Positions 22,100-32,118 of a stretch of 64,000 nucleotides of DNA are shown piece by piece. Numbering within the stretch: the stretch's first letter is position 1; each line of letters opens with the position of its first letter. The notes beneath the pieces are model-generated. The model did not search any database. It was given only the letters and a program-made list of their open reading frames with translations, and was not told the origin of the DNA. The stretch covers positions 640,001-704,000 of the forward strand of contig CAVVEU010000024.1 of NCBI GenBank assembly GCA_963747235.1. The letters run 5' to 3'. Origin of the DNA: an uncultured Candidatus Rokubacteria bacterium. GTDB lineage: Bacteria > Methylomirabilota > Methylomirabilia > Rokubacteriales > CSP1-6. A program made the translations under genes and the position numbers.

Positions 22100-22405
22100 C
22101 TACGCGGGCAGCGAGGGGCCCTGGGGCGCGCGGGGCGTGGACGACGGCGGGGTCTGGGCGGCGATGAGCTGCGCGACCTGGGTCTCGAGCTGCCGGACCC
22201 GATACCTGAGCTTCAGGATCTTCACCAGCCCGCTCAGCGAGGCGAAGACGACGCCGAGCAGCAGCGAGAGGAGGATGACGAGGGCCAGCGGCATGCCCTG
22301 CACGCTCCAGGCCAGGAACGAGATCTCGACCGGCTCGCGGTTCTGCAGCGCGAAGATCGTCGCCGCGCTCCCCAGCAGGGCCATCAGCAGGTAGATGATG
22401 ATCAT
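22100..22405 (-). CDS. LapA-family (lipopolysaccharide assembly protein A domain) membrane protein
   Basis: IFALQNREPVEISFLAW...PLALVILLSLLLG followed by a coiled coil. Confidence 0.8.
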   Translation of the reverse strand: MIIIYLLMALLGSAATIFALQNREPVEISFLAWSVQGMPLALVILLSLLLGVVFASLSGLVKILKLRYRVRQLETQVAQLIAAQTPPSSTPRAPQGPSLPA

Positions 22406-23802
22406 GAGGGGCTGCCCTCCGAGAGTCTGGCGTTGCCGCCGAGCGCCCGCACGAAGCGCTCGATGATGCGCTCCTGGCAGGCGCCGCTCGCGGCCGGATC
22501 GCCCGCCGCGCGGCCGAGCTGGCGCAGCGGGAACACCGCCTTGGCCATGGTCCGGTGCCCGCCCGCCATGCCGAGCTCGCCGAAGGCGGCGCGGGTCACG
22601 TCGCCCGCGCTCCGCACGTAGCCCACGTTGCGGACGGAGACGTGCACCTCGTCGTCCACCACGCCGGAGACCACGGACCACTGGACGCCCTCGGCCTGCA
22701 GCCCGAAGTCGGCGAACTGCGGGATCAGGTCCACGGTGGCGACCCGGCCCAGGTGCGAGAAGAACACGCCCCCGACCACGCGCCGCTTGGCCAGGCCCCG
22801 GGCGAGCACGTCCAGGGCCGCGGGGGAGAGCTCCGGCCGCTCGATGCGCCGGAGCGCGTTGTGGTTGGCGAGCAGGTAGAGATACGTGAAGGCCTCGAGG
22901 TCGGCCTTGGTCCCGCCGCGCTCGAGGCCCAGGGTGTCGGACTTGATGCCGTAGAGCAGGGCGGTGGCCAGCCGCTGGGTGATCTTGACGTCGGCCGCGC
23001 GCAGGTACTCGACCATGATGGTGGAGGTCGCGCCGTAGGACGGGCGCACGTCCTTGATGCGCGCCCGGATCGGCTGCTCGACCGGATGGTGATCGATCAC
23101 CAGATCCACCTCGCCGAAGTGCTTCTCTTCCTCCAGGAACGAGGGCTGCACGTCCACCATGGCCACCCGGTCGAACTGGTCGAGCGCCGCCGCGTCGATC
23201 GCCTCCACCTCGATCTCGAGGATCTTGCACATGGCCACGTTCTCGGGCCGCGTGATGGTGCCGAAGGTGCACATGGGCGCGGAGGCGCGGGTGCGGCCGA
23301 GGAGGGTCTTGAGCGCCAGCGCGGAGGCGATGGCGTCGGGATCCGGGTCGTCCTGCATGAGGATCAGCACGCGCTCGGCGTCGTAGAAGTGGGCGCGCAG
23401 GCGCTCGGCGCGGGCCCGCTGCGTGGCGCGCTCGAGCGCGGGCTGGACGATGCGCTCGCCGAAGGCGGACAGCGGCACCACCGTCGCGTTGGACACGTGC
23501 CGATCGTCGTCGCGCAGCACCAGCAGCGGCGCGTCGGGGACCGCTTCCTTCACCGCCGCGATCACGCGCGCGAGCTGGCCGGCGGGCGCCGCCACCACCA
23601 CTGGCCCGCGCCCGCCCTTGAAGGCCTCGTGCAGGAAGGTCGCGTCCGTCACCTTGCCGGCCACCGCCCGGTCGCCGCGCCGCGCGAGCCGCGCGCGGAG
23701 GCTCGCCCGCGACACCAGGTACAGCGGCCGCTCGCCCGGGAAGGCGGCGGCCGTGACCACGTGTTCGAGGAGATCATCCGGACAGATCAGCACGGCTCGC
23801 AT
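22402..23802 (-). CDS. DHH/DHHA1 phosphoesterase with a degenerate N-terminal Rossmann (RCK_N-like) domain
   Basis: DPDPDAIAS, MVD, IDHHP, YGATSTI, GIKSDT, SVR, AGGHRTMA. Confidence 0.88.
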   Translation of the reverse strand: MRAVLICPDDLLEHVVTAAAFPGERPLYLVSRASLRARLARRGDRAVAGKVTDATFLHEAFKGGRGPVVVAAPAGQLARVIAAVKEAVPDAPLLVLRDDDRHVSNATVVPLSAFGERIVQPALERATQRARAERLRAHFYDAERVLILMQDDPDPDAIASALALKTLLGRTRASAPMCTFGTITRPENVAMCKILEIEVEAIDAAALDQFDRVAMVDVQPSFLEEEKHFGEVDLVIDHHPVEQPIRARIKDVRPSYGATSTIMVEYLRAADVKITQRLATALLYGIKSDTLGLERGGTKADLEAFTYLYLLANHNALRRIERPELSPAALDVLARGLAKRRVVGGVFFSHLGRVATVDLIPQFADFGLQAEGVQWSVVSGVVDDEVHVSVRNVGYVRSAGDVTRAAFGELGMAGGHRTMAKAVFPLRQLGRAAGDPAASGACQERIIERFVRALGGNARLSEGSPS

Positions 23803-23881
23803 GTGGGCCTCGCTCGGGGCGCTCGAGCCCCGGCCTCCTTATTGTCGGCCCACCCGCGGGGGCCGCCAAGCGAAAATCCGG

Positions 23882-24307
23882 TCAGCGGCGGGGGCCCCGG
23901 TAGGCGGCGCGGCCGGCCTTGACGCCCGCCTTGAGGCCCCGCGTCAGCAGGCCCACCTCGCGCGTGATCTTCTTCTGGGACTCGCCGAGCGTCTCGCCGA
24001 GCCGATCGAGCGACTTCTTGACGCTCTGGCGCGCCTGCGCGATCTGCTGCGCCGCCTCCTTGCGCGAGCGCGCGCTGAGCAGCGTCCGGCTGAGCCGGTT
24101 CACCGAGTCCCGGAGCCCCGCCTGGGCGCGGGCCACCTGCGCGGCCATCGTCTTCTCGATGCCGGCCAGGCGCTCCCGGGTGAGCCCGCCCCGGGCCGCC
24201 GTGCTCCGCACGCGCGCGAGGTCCGCCTCGACCTGGGCCAGCCGCGCCTCGAGCTGCGTGATCTTCGCGGGCGGGCGGGCCGCCGCGGTCTTGCGTCGCT
24301 CCGTCAT
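23882..24307 (-). CDS. Basic coiled-coil hypothetical protein
   Basis: GGAGG RBS before ATG24307; helical Ala/Arg/Lys-rich sequence with GC-biased codons. Confidence 0.65.
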   Translation of the reverse strand: MTERRKTAAARPPAKITQLEARLAQVEADLARVRSTAARGGLTRERLAGIEKTMAAQVARAQAGLRDSVNRLSRTLLSARSRKEAAQQIAQARQSVKKSLDRLGETLGESQKKITREVGLLTRGLKAGVKAGRAAYRGPRR

Positions 24308-24330
24308 GGGGGGTTCCTCCATAGCCGAGC

Positions 24331-24338
24331 AGTATACT
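24331..24338. promoter_or_regulatory. Symmetric -10 element shared by divergent genes
   Basis: AGTATACT reads TATACT on both strands within a 50-bp divergent gap. Confidence 0.5.
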
Positions 24339-24356
24339 CGGGGGCGAGGCTTCGCC

Positions 24357-26309
24357 GTGATCGCCGAATCCATCTTCTTCCGCGACCTCGCCTACGTGTT
24401 CCTCGCCGCGGTCGCGGGTGGGGCGCTCGCCCGCCTCGCCCGCCAGCCGCTCATCCTGGGCTACGTCCTGGGCGGCATCCTGATCAGCCCGCTGACCCCG
24501 GGCCCCTCGGTCTCCGATCTTCATACGTTCGAGCTGTTCGCGGAGATCGGGGTCATCCTCCTGATGTTCTCGATCGGCATCGAGTTCTCGCTCCGCGATC
24601 TCCTGAGCGTGAAGTGGGTGGCGCTCCTGGGCGGCCCGCTCGGGATCCTGCTGTCGGTCGGGCTCGGCGTCGGGGTGGCCGCCGGCCTCGGCTGGCCGCT
24701 GCTGCAGGGGGCCATCGTGGGCATCGTGATCTCGGTGGCCAGCACGATGGTGCTGGCGCGCCTGCTCATGGACCGGGGCGAGCTGCACTCCCGCCACGGC
24801 CGCGTCATGATCGGCATCACGCTGGTCGAGGATCTCGCGGTGGTGATCCTGATCGTGCTCATCCCGGCGCTGGGCACGCTCGAGGCGGGGCGCCTGCTCA
24901 CGATCGCGATCGCGCTCGGCACGTCGCTGCTGATCCTGATCCCGGCCATCTACGTGGCGGCCAAGGTCGTCCCGCCCCTGATGACCCGGGTGGCCCGATT
25001 GCACAGCGACGAGATGTTCCTGCTCGTGGCCCTGGCGGTGGGGCTCGGCACCGCGGCCCTCAGCCAGGCGGCCGGGCTCTCGCTCGCGCTGGGGGCCTTC
25101 CTGGCCGGGCTCATCATCAACGGCTCGGAGTACGCGCACGAGACGCTGGCCCGGCTCCTGCCGCTGCGCGACGTCTTCGTCGCGCTCTTCTTCGTCACCA
25201 TCGGCGCGCTGATCGATCCGCAGAGCCTCATCCAGAACATTCCGCTCCTCGCCATCATGGTGGCGCTCATCGTGGTGGGGAAGCTGGTGTTGTGGACCCT
25301 CGTGGTCTGGCTCTTCCGCCTGCCCTTCTGGAGCGCGCTCCTGGTCGGGGTGGGGCTGACCCAGATCGGAGAGTTCTCGTTCATCCTCGTGCAGGTCGCG
25401 CGCAGCGCCGGGCACGTGGGCGCCGAGATCTACAACGCCACCCTCGCCGCCTCGCTCATCTCCATCCTGATCAACGCGGCGCTGGTGCGCACCGTTCCCG
25501 GCTGGATCGCCCGGCTCCGCGGCGTGGAGGAGCGGCCCGCGCCGGAGGGCGTCGAGGCGACGGTGACGGAGCACGTCGTGCTCTGCGGCTTCGGCCGGGT
25601 CGGCAGCGCGGTGGGCGAGGCGCTCGAGACCTTCGGCATCCGGTTCGTCGTCATCGAGCGGGATCCGGACATCGTGCGGGGCCTCCGCTCGCGCGCGGTG
25701 CCGTGCCTGTTCGGTGACGCCGCGCAGCCGCGCCTCCTCGAGGAGGCCGGGTCGGGCCGGGCGTCGCTCGTGGTGGTGGCGCTGCCCGAGATGGATCGGG
25801 CCCAGCTCGTGGTGCGGGGCGTCCGCGCGTTGAGCCCGCACGTGCCGATCCTGGCGCGGGCGCACAGCACCGCGGCCCGGGATGGGCTGGCCGACTCGGG
25901 CGCCACCGAGGTCATCGAGCCGGAGCTGGAGGCGGCGGCCACCCTGATCCGCCACGCCCTCCGCAAGCTCGCGCTGCCGCAGCCGCGCGTGCTCGACTAC
26001 CTCACGCGGTTCCGCGGCGCCATGAACCCGGCCGGGGCCGACGCGGGCGGCGGGCTCAGCACCGCGGAGGCGCTGCCCGAGGTGCACGAGGTGATGCTGG
26101 GCGCGGGCGCGCTCAGCGACCAGTCGCTCGGCGAGGCGCGGGTGCGCGAGCGCTTCGGCGTGACGGTGGTGTCGGTGGAGCGGCCGGGCGGCGAAGCCGT
26201 CCTGAATCCGTCCGCGGACACGCACCTGCGCCCGGGCGACCGGCTCCGCGTCTTCGGCCTCCCCGAGCAGGTCGCGGCGTTCCGTCACGAGGCCGGCCGC
26301 GAGATCTGA
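24357..26309 (+). CDS. CPA2 cation:proton antiporter with RCK_N and RCK_C domains (Kef/YbaL-like)
   Basis: GVILLMFSIGIEFS, LVEDLAVV, ALGAFLAG, QIGEFSF, CGFGRVG, C-terminal NPSADTHLRPGDRL. Confidence 0.92.
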   Translation: MIAESIFFRDLAYVFLAAVAGGALARLARQPLILGYVLGGILISPLTPGPSVSDLHTFELFAEIGVILLMFSIGIEFSLRDLLSVKWVALLGGPLGILLSVGLGVGVAAGLGWPLLQGAIVGIVISVASTMVLARLLMDRGELHSRHGRVMIGITLVEDLAVVILIVLIPALGTLEAGRLLTIAIALGTSLLILIPAIYVAAKVVPPLMTRVARLHSDEMFLLVALAVGLGTAALSQAAGLSLALGAFLAGLIINGSEYAHETLARLLPLRDVFVALFFVTIGALIDPQSLIQNIPLLAIMVALIVVGKLVLWTLVVWLFRLPFWSALLVGVGLTQIGEFSFILVQVARSAGHVGAEIYNATLAASLISILINAALVRTVPGWIARLRGVEERPAPEGVEATVTEHVVLCGFGRVGSAVGEALETFGIRFVVIERDPDIVRGLRSRAVPCLFGDAAQPRLLEEAGSGRASLVVVALPEMDRAQLVVRGVRALSPHVPILARAHSTAARDGLADSGATEVIEPELEAAATLIRHALRKLALPQPRVLDYLTRFRGAMNPAGADAGGGLSTAEALPEVHEVMLGAGALSDQSLGEARVRERFGVTVVSVERPGGEAVLNPSADTHLRPGDRLRVFGLPEQVAAFRHEAGREI

Positions 26310-26326
26310 CCGGGAGACGCGCTCTC

Positions 26327-27154
26327 CTATCTGAGGAAGCCGTTCCAGAGGGCGAGCGCGAAGGCCGCGACGGTGAGGCCCACCGTGGCCAGCGCGGCCA
26401 CCCGATCGAGGCCGCGCTCCGAGCGATGTTCGCCGTGGCCCACCGCGAGCGCGGCGAGATAGCCGCCCACGAAGCCGCCCGCGTGGCCCCAGTTGTTCAC
26501 GCCCGACATGAAGAACCCGAAGATGAACATCAGCACCGCCCACTGGCCGTACTGCCGGAACACCGCCGTTCCGAAGGCGCCGCCGCGGCTGCGGCCGTAG
26601 GCGACCATCGCGCCGAGAAGGCCGAACACCGCGCCCGAGGCGCCGATGGTCCACGCCCCGCTGGCGATGTTGGAGAGGACGAAGCCCGCCACCCCGCCCG
26701 CGGTGAAGATGACCACGAGTCGGGCGGTGCCGAAGAGCTGCTCGACCGCGGGCGCGAGCTGGCGCACCCACAGCAGGTTGAAGACGATGTGGAGCAGGCT
26801 GCCGTGGAGATAGATCGCGGTGATGAGCGTCCACCACCAGCCCGCCCGCCACGCGGGCTCGCCGGTCATGCCGAGCATGACCAGCGCCCGGGAGCTCGGC
26901 GAGAGCAGGTCGAACGGGCTCCGGAATTGCGCGGCGGCGCGTGGGTCGAGCAGGATGGACGCGACGTAGGCCACCACGCACACGATCGTGACCGCGCGCG
27001 CGAAGTCGAGCCGGCCGATCAGCCGGCTCGCGACCGGGCCGAAGCCCCACAGCCCGGGCCGCCGCGCCCCGCAGTAGAAGCAGACCGCGGCGTCCACGCG
27101 ATTCAGCTTGCCGCAGGCGTAGCAGAGGCTCGAGCCGGTGCGCTGCCTCAGGAT
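26327..27154 (-). CDS. Rhomboid intramembrane protease with N-terminal zinc ribbon
   Basis: CYAC...CFYC; LHGSLLHIVFN, GASGAVFG, NWGHAGG; start codon uncertain (ATC27154 or CTG27151). Confidence 0.88.
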   Translation of the reverse strand: MLRQRTGSSLCYACGKLNRVDAAVCFYCGARRPGLWGFGPVASRLIGRLDFARAVTIVCVVAYVASILLDPRAAAQFRSPFDLLSPSSRALVMLGMTGEPAWRAGWWWTLITAIYLHGSLLHIVFNLLWVRQLAPAVEQLFGTARLVVIFTAGGVAGFVLSNIASGAWTIGASGAVFGLLGAMVAYGRSRGGAFGTAVFRQYGQWAVLMFIFGFFMSGVNNWGHAGGFVGGYLAALAVGHGEHRSERGLDRVAALATVGLTVAAFALALWNGFLR

Positions 27155-28392
27155 CGTCCCGGTGGACGCGCGGGGAACGGAGCCTGCGCGTCGAGCCGCT
27201 CCAGGAGGGCGTCGACGTGCACCGCGAACGCCTCGCGGCGGTGGGCGGGCACGGGCGAGCCGGGGATGAACTTCTCGCCCAGCGGGTTGACCAGGACCCC
27301 GCCCTTGCGGACGCGGTAGTCGAGATGCGGGGCGGTGGACAGTCCGGTGCTGCCGACCCGGCCGATGACCTGGCGCTGGCGCACCCGCTCGCCGGGGCGG
27401 ACGTCGATCTTGGAGAGGTGGTTGTACATGGTCTCGTAGCCGCGGCCGTGGCGCAGCGAGATGGAGATCCCGTAGCCGCCGTTCCAGCCCGCGCGGGTGA
27501 CCACCCCGTCGGCCACCGCGCGCACCGGCGTGCCGATCGGCGCCCCGTAGTCCACCGCGAGGTGCGGCCGATACCCGCCCAGCACCGGGTGGAAGCGCGC
27601 GTGCGAGAAGCCGGAGGTGACGCGCGTGAAGTCGAGCGGGGCGCGCAGGAACATCTTCTTCACCGAGCGCCCGCTCGCGTCGTAGTACTCGCGGCGGCCG
27701 GCGGTGTCGTCGAAGGCCACGCTGGTGAGCAGCGAGCGCCCGACGGCTCGCGTACTGCGCGATCAGCACGTCGCCGTAGCCCAGGAAGACGTCGCCCACG
27801 TAGCGCTTCTCCACCAGGAGGCGGAAGCGGTCGCCGGGCAGCGAGTCGGCCGCGAAGTCGAAGTCCCACTCGAAGAGGTTGACGAGCCGGGCGGTGAGGG
27901 CGGGAGCTCTCGCCGAGCCGCTCCATGCTCGCGAAGAGCGAGTCGCGCACGCTCCCCGGTGATCGCGACCACGCGCGTGTCCACGTCGGGTCGCACCGCG
28001 CTGACCGCCCACTGCCCGTCGGGGCCCGGCCGGATCTCGTAGCGCTCGGCGGGGGACCGGGCGTAGCTGATCGCGGCGGGCTTGCCGTCGGCGCCGGGCT
28101 GGACGCTGAGCCGCTCGCCGGGGGCGAGGCGGCGCATGTTGACGCTGCCGCGCAGCGCGGCCACGATCGCCGCCGCGTCGCCGCGCTCCACGCCGGTCCG
28201 GCGCAGCGCGGTCTCGAGCGTCTCGCCCCGCTTCAGCACGATCTCGACGGGCTCGGGCGGGCGCCGGGGCGGGCGGGCCGCGGGCGCCTCGGTCACCGCG
28301 GGCGGGGCGGGCTCGCGCGTGGGCACGGCGAGGCCGATCACCCCCAGGGCGAGCAGGACGGCGGCGGACAGGAGGCAGTAGGAGCGCCTCAT
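27148..28392 (-). CDS. M23 family peptidoglycan endopeptidase (apparent frameshifts at about 27740-27950)
   Basis: HLAVD (HxxxD), YNHLS, GSTGLSTAPHLDY; TM anchor and Csd3/OapA-like N-terminal region. Confidence 0.88.
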
Positions 28393-28424
28393 GGTCTTTC
28401 CGCCAGGATACCGCGAGTGTCCCG

Positions 28425-29627
28425 CTACGCCCCGTACTTGGTGAATCGGAGCGCGTTGGCCATCACGAGCGGCATCAGGTCCTGGGCCGGGATCACCCCG
28501 AGGGAGCCGCCCGCGCAGTCCCGCTCGGTGAAGCGGCTCACCGGGTCGCCCCCGCAGTAGGGGCTCGCCAGGAGCGCGGGCACCCCCTGCCAGCCGTGGC
28601 CCTTGAGGATGGACGGGGTCGCGTGATCGCCCGAGATGGCGAGGACGTCGGGCTGGAGCGCGAGCACGCGCGGCAGCAGCGCGTCGAAGCGCTCCAGCGC
28701 GGCGACCTTCGCGTCGAAGTCGCCGTCCTCGCCCGCCTTGTCGGTGTCCTTGTAGTGCAGGAAGAAGAAGTCGTGCTGCTCCCACTGCCGCTCGAGCGTG
28801 TCGATCTCCTCCGAGAACGTCCCGCCCGTCTTGAGCACCTCCATGCCGACGAGGCGCGCGAGCCCGCGGTACATCGGATACGCCGCGATGGCGGCGGCGC
28901 GCAGCCCGAACGTCTCGGGGAAGAGGGGCAGGCGCGGCTGCTGATCGAAGCCGCGCAGCAGGAGCATGTTGGCGGGCGCCGCGTCGCGCAGCAGCGGGCG
29001 CGCGGCCTCCACGAAGGCGTTCACGAGCGCGGCCGTCTTGTCCGCCTCGGGCGCCAGCGCCCGGACGGGCAGGGGCGGGACGCCGAGCTGCTGCGGATCC
29101 GTCTCGGAGAGCCGGCCGGACAGGTGCCCGCCGCGGAGGACGAGGACGAAGCGGTGCTCCTTCACCGGCTCGATGAGCACCTCCACCCCGTCGAGGCGGA
29201 TCGCGCGCAGCCGCTCGACCAGGCGAACGCAGATCTCGGTGCTGATGCGCCCGGCCCGCCGGTCGGTGATGTGGCCGCGCGCGTCCACCGTGCAGAAGTT
29301 CCCGCGCGCGGCCACGTCCCCCGCCCGCAGCTCGAAGTCGATGCCGAGCGCCTCGAGCACGCCCCGCCCCACCGGATAGCGCAGGGGATCGTAGCCGAAG
29401 AGGCCGAGGTGGCCGGGCCCGCTGCCCGGCGTGATGCCGGGGCCCACGTGGCGCAGCAGCCCGCACGCGGACCGGCCCGCGAGCGCGTGCAGGTTGGGGA
29501 TGCGCGCGGTCTCCAGCTCGCTCTTGCCCGTCGCGGGCCGCGGCAGGCCGCCCAGGCCGTCGAGCGAGCAGAGCACGATCTTGGTGGTGGCGGGCTGGAC
29601 GAGCGCGTGCAGGAACTCTAGGTCCAT
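28425..29627 (-). CDS. apgM: 2,3-bisphosphoglycerate-independent phosphoglycerate mutase (ApgM type)
   Basis: LDGLGG, PGSGPGHLGLFGYDP, GRGVLEALG, DRRAGRI, DKAGEDG, GDHATP. Confidence 0.92.
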   Translation of the reverse strand: MDLEFLHALVQPATTKIVLCSLDGLGGLPRPATGKSELETARIPNLHALAGRSACGLLRHVGPGITPGSGPGHLGLFGYDPLRYPVGRGVLEALGIDFELRAGDVAARGNFCTVDARGHITDRRAGRISTEICVRLVERLRAIRLDGVEVLIEPVKEHRFVLVLRGGHLSGRLSETDPQQLGVPPLPVRALAPEADKTAALVNAFVEAARPLLRDAAPANMLLLRGFDQQPRLPLFPETFGLRAAAIAAYPMYRGLARLVGMEVLKTGGTFSEEIDTLERQWEQHDFFFLHYKDTDKAGEDGDFDAKVAALERFDALLPRVLALQPDVLAISGDHATPSILKGHGWQGVPALLASPYCGGDPVSRFTERDCAGGSLGVIPAQDLMPLVMANALRFTKYGA

Positions 29628-30532
29628 GCTTCCTTGTTCTCGCCGAAGTCGGCCGGGCACGGCGGGCCCCACACGTAGAGGGAATCCTCGGGCGGGAAAT
29701 CGCGCGGCTCCCACGCGCACGCCTCCGGGATGTAGTCGAGGTCGAAGTAGTACTCGCTGAAGCTGCCCCACGGGTCGCGCAGGTAGAAGAAGAAGTTGGA
29801 GCCGATCACGTGGCGCCCGAGCCCCCAGCCGGGCTGCCACCCCCGCTCGGCCATGCGCACCGCGCCCATCGCGATCTCGTCCACGCTGCCCACCTGGAAC
29901 GAGGCGTGGTGGAAGCCCGGCGCGCGCGAGGAGAGCAGGGCCAGGGTGTGGTGATCGGTGTTGCAGCGCAGGAACGCGATGATGCCCCGCGAGCGATCCG
30001 AGAGCTTCATGCCGAGCGTCCCGGTGTAGAAGCGCATGAGGCGCTCCATGTCGGGGGTGAAGAGCAGGACGTGGCCGAGCTTGCGCGGGGCCACCCGCAG
30101 GCCGCGCTCGGGATAGCCGCGCGCGGCCTCGCGCTGCGTGTAGCCGGGGCCGTTGAGCGTCACCGGCGGGTCCACCGGCGACGCGGGTGCGGCCTCGTCG
30201 CGGACGTTCACCGCGTTGCCGTCCGGATCGCGGAACCAGATGCCGCCCTCGGGGGCCCCGGCGGGCGCGTCCATCTCGGGAACCCCCGCGCTCCGGAGCG
30301 CTCCGCGCACCCGCGCGAAGTCCTCCCCGGGAGCGCCGTAGCAGAGATGATGGAGGCGCTTGCGCGGGCCCCCGTAGAGCAGCACCGTGTCGCGCCCGAG
30401 GCGCTCGGGCCGCAGGCGCACCGCGTCGCTCGAGCCGGTGCCGTCCACCAGACCGAAATCCTCGTAGAATCGCTGCCCGACCGCCTGGTCGGGCACTTCC
30501 AGCGCGTAGTGGAGAAACGAGCGGATCGCCAT
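29618..30532 (-). CDS. VOC family two-domain protein, extradiol-dioxygenase-like
   Basis: KLGHVLL, DHHTLAL, FHHASF, GRHVIGSNFFFYLRDPWGSFSEY. Confidence 0.85.
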   Translation of the reverse strand: MAIRSFLHYALEVPDQAVGQRFYEDFGLVDGTGSSDAVRLRPERLGRDTVLLYGGPRKRLHHLCYGAPGEDFARVRGALRSAGVPEMDAPAGAPEGGIWFRDPDGNAVNVRDEAAPASPVDPPVTLNGPGYTQREAARGYPERGLRVAPRKLGHVLLFTPDMERLMRFYTGTLGMKLSDRSRGIIAFLRCNTDHHTLALLSSRAPGFHHASFQVGSVDEIAMGAVRMAERGWQPGWGLGRHVIGSNFFFYLRDPWGSFSEYYFDLDYIPEACAWEPRDFPPEDSLYVWGPPCPADFGENKEAWT

Positions 30533-30549
30533 GACCGCGCGCGCCGCCC

Positions 30550-31482
30550 TCAGGCGTCCTTCACGCTGTTCTCGAGCGAGCCGAGCCCGGTGATCTCGAG
30601 CTTCATGCGGTCGCCCGGCTGCAGCGTGACCTGCGGCTTGCGCGAGAAGCCCACGCCCGCGGGGGTGCCGGTCGCGATGAGGTCGCCCGGCGAGAGGGTC
30701 ATGATGTTGGTGAGGTACTCGATGATGTAGCGGATGTCGAAGATGAAGTTGCGCGTGGAGCCGTCCTGCATGAGCTGGCCGTTGACCCAGGCCTTGAGAT
30801 CCAGCACGTGGGGATCCGGGATCTCGGTGCGATCCGCGATGTAGGGGCCGACCGGGGCGAGGGTGTCGCCCACCTTGCCCGCGCTCCACTGGGTGGTGTG
30901 GAACTGGAAGTCGCGCGCGCTCACGTCGTTGATGATGGTGTAGCCGTAGACGTAGTCGAGCGCCTGCTCCTTCTTCACGAAGCGCGCGGTGCGCCCGATG
31001 ACCACCCCGAGCTCGACCTCCCAGTCCAGCGTCTTCTCCCCGCGCGGCCGCAGGACCGGCTCGCCCGGATCCTGGATCCCGTTGGCCCACTTGGGGAACA
31101 CCGGCGGCTGCTTGGGCGCGGGGTTGTTCGTCTCGGCCGCGTGGTCCTTGTAGTTGAGGCCGATGCAGATGAACTTGCCCGGGTCCGCGATCGGCGCGTG
31201 CAGCCGCACCGAGGACAGCGAGTGGGCGACCGGCTCGAACTTGCCGCCGCGCGCCGCGTCCAGCATGGCGGTCAGCATGTCCTGGCTCGCGCTGCCGCCC
31301 TCGAGGAAGCCGCGCGTGCTGTCGTGCGGAAAGAGGGCCGCCGCGATGACGGGCGCGCGCACCACGCCGCGGGAGGCGAGGAACGCGGCCGCGCTCGCTT
31401 CGAGATCGGCGATGCGGTCGCTGCCGAGGAAGCAGCCGAGCCGGGGGGCGTGACCGTTCTGGGAGAAGCGGACGATCTTCAT
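30550..31482 (-). CDS. Fumarylacetoacetate hydrolase family protein
   Basis: KFICIGLNYKDHA, DWEVELGVVIG, NDVSARD, PGDLIATGTPAGVG. Confidence 0.93.
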   Translation of the reverse strand: MKIVRFSQNGHAPRLGCFLGSDRIADLEASAAAFLASRGVVRAPVIAAALFPHDSTRGFLEGGSASQDMLTAMLDAARGGKFEPVAHSLSSVRLHAPIADPGKFICIGLNYKDHAAETNNPAPKQPPVFPKWANGIQDPGEPVLRPRGEKTLDWEVELGVVIGRTARFVKKEQALDYVYGYTIINDVSARDFQFHTTQWSAGKVGDTLAPVGPYIADRTEIPDPHVLDLKAWVNGQLMQDGSTRNFIFDIRYIIEYLTNIMTLSPGDLIATGTPAGVGFSRKPQVTLQPGDRMKLEITGLGSLENSVKDA

Positions 31483-31756
31483 GGGTGTGTCTCCTTGCGT
31501 AGGGTTGTGACGCGCGCCGACCGCCGGCACCCGAGAGTCTACGACCCTCGCGAAGCGATGTCGAGGGCCCGGCCGTGCCGGGCAAGCTATTGATCTGGAA
31601 GACGTTCGGGTCAGCCGCCCCGGCCGGCGCCGGGCCGAGAGCCGAGCCGGCCGGCCCGGGTCACCCGGACCGCTGTGCATCTAGGTGCAGATAATCAATT
31701 CGTGTACCTTATTAGGAGCGTACGGAGATTTACACCCCGGGAGAAGGAGACACATC

Positions 31757-32113
31757 ATGCGGGATGCCACGAAGTGGCTGTGTGGGCTGCTCGTCGCGCT
31801 CATGGCGCTGACCGGCCCGCTGCTGTCGCGGGCGGCCGTGGTCGAAGCGGCCGAGCTCTCGTCGAGCGCGGTTGACGTCGAGGTCTCCGACGCGGACCGG
31901 GTCGGCGCCGGATTCCTGAACGTGGCCTACGTGCCCGGCAAGGCCATCGTCTGCGGCCTCGGCACCGTGGCCAGCGCCGCGGTGATGATCGTCACGCTGG
32001 GCAGCGCCTACCGCGCCGCGGTGTCCACCTTCAAGGAAGGCTGCGAGGGCCCCTGGGTGCTGACGCCCGAGCACGTCGCGGGCAAGATTCCTCCCAAGGA
32101 CGAGATCGAGTAA
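31757..32113 (+). CDS. Hypothetical exported or membrane protein
   Basis: AAGGAG RBS; signal peptide; NVAYVPGKAIVCG...EGCEGPWV with two Cys. Confidence 0.7.
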   Translation: MRDATKWLCGLLVALMALTGPLLSRAAVVEAAELSSSAVDVEVSDADRVGAGFLNVAYVPGKAIVCGLGTVASAAVMIVTLGSAYRAAVSTFKEGCEGPWVLTPEHVAGKIPPKDEIE

Positions 32114-32118
32114 GCCCG

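Noticed and set aside
18165-22394. 1409-aa plus-strand ORF and other long antisense ORFs (812-3037, 23787-27050, 32463-34349)
   Set aside because: Shadow frames of real high-GC genes on the opposite strand; no recognisable domains
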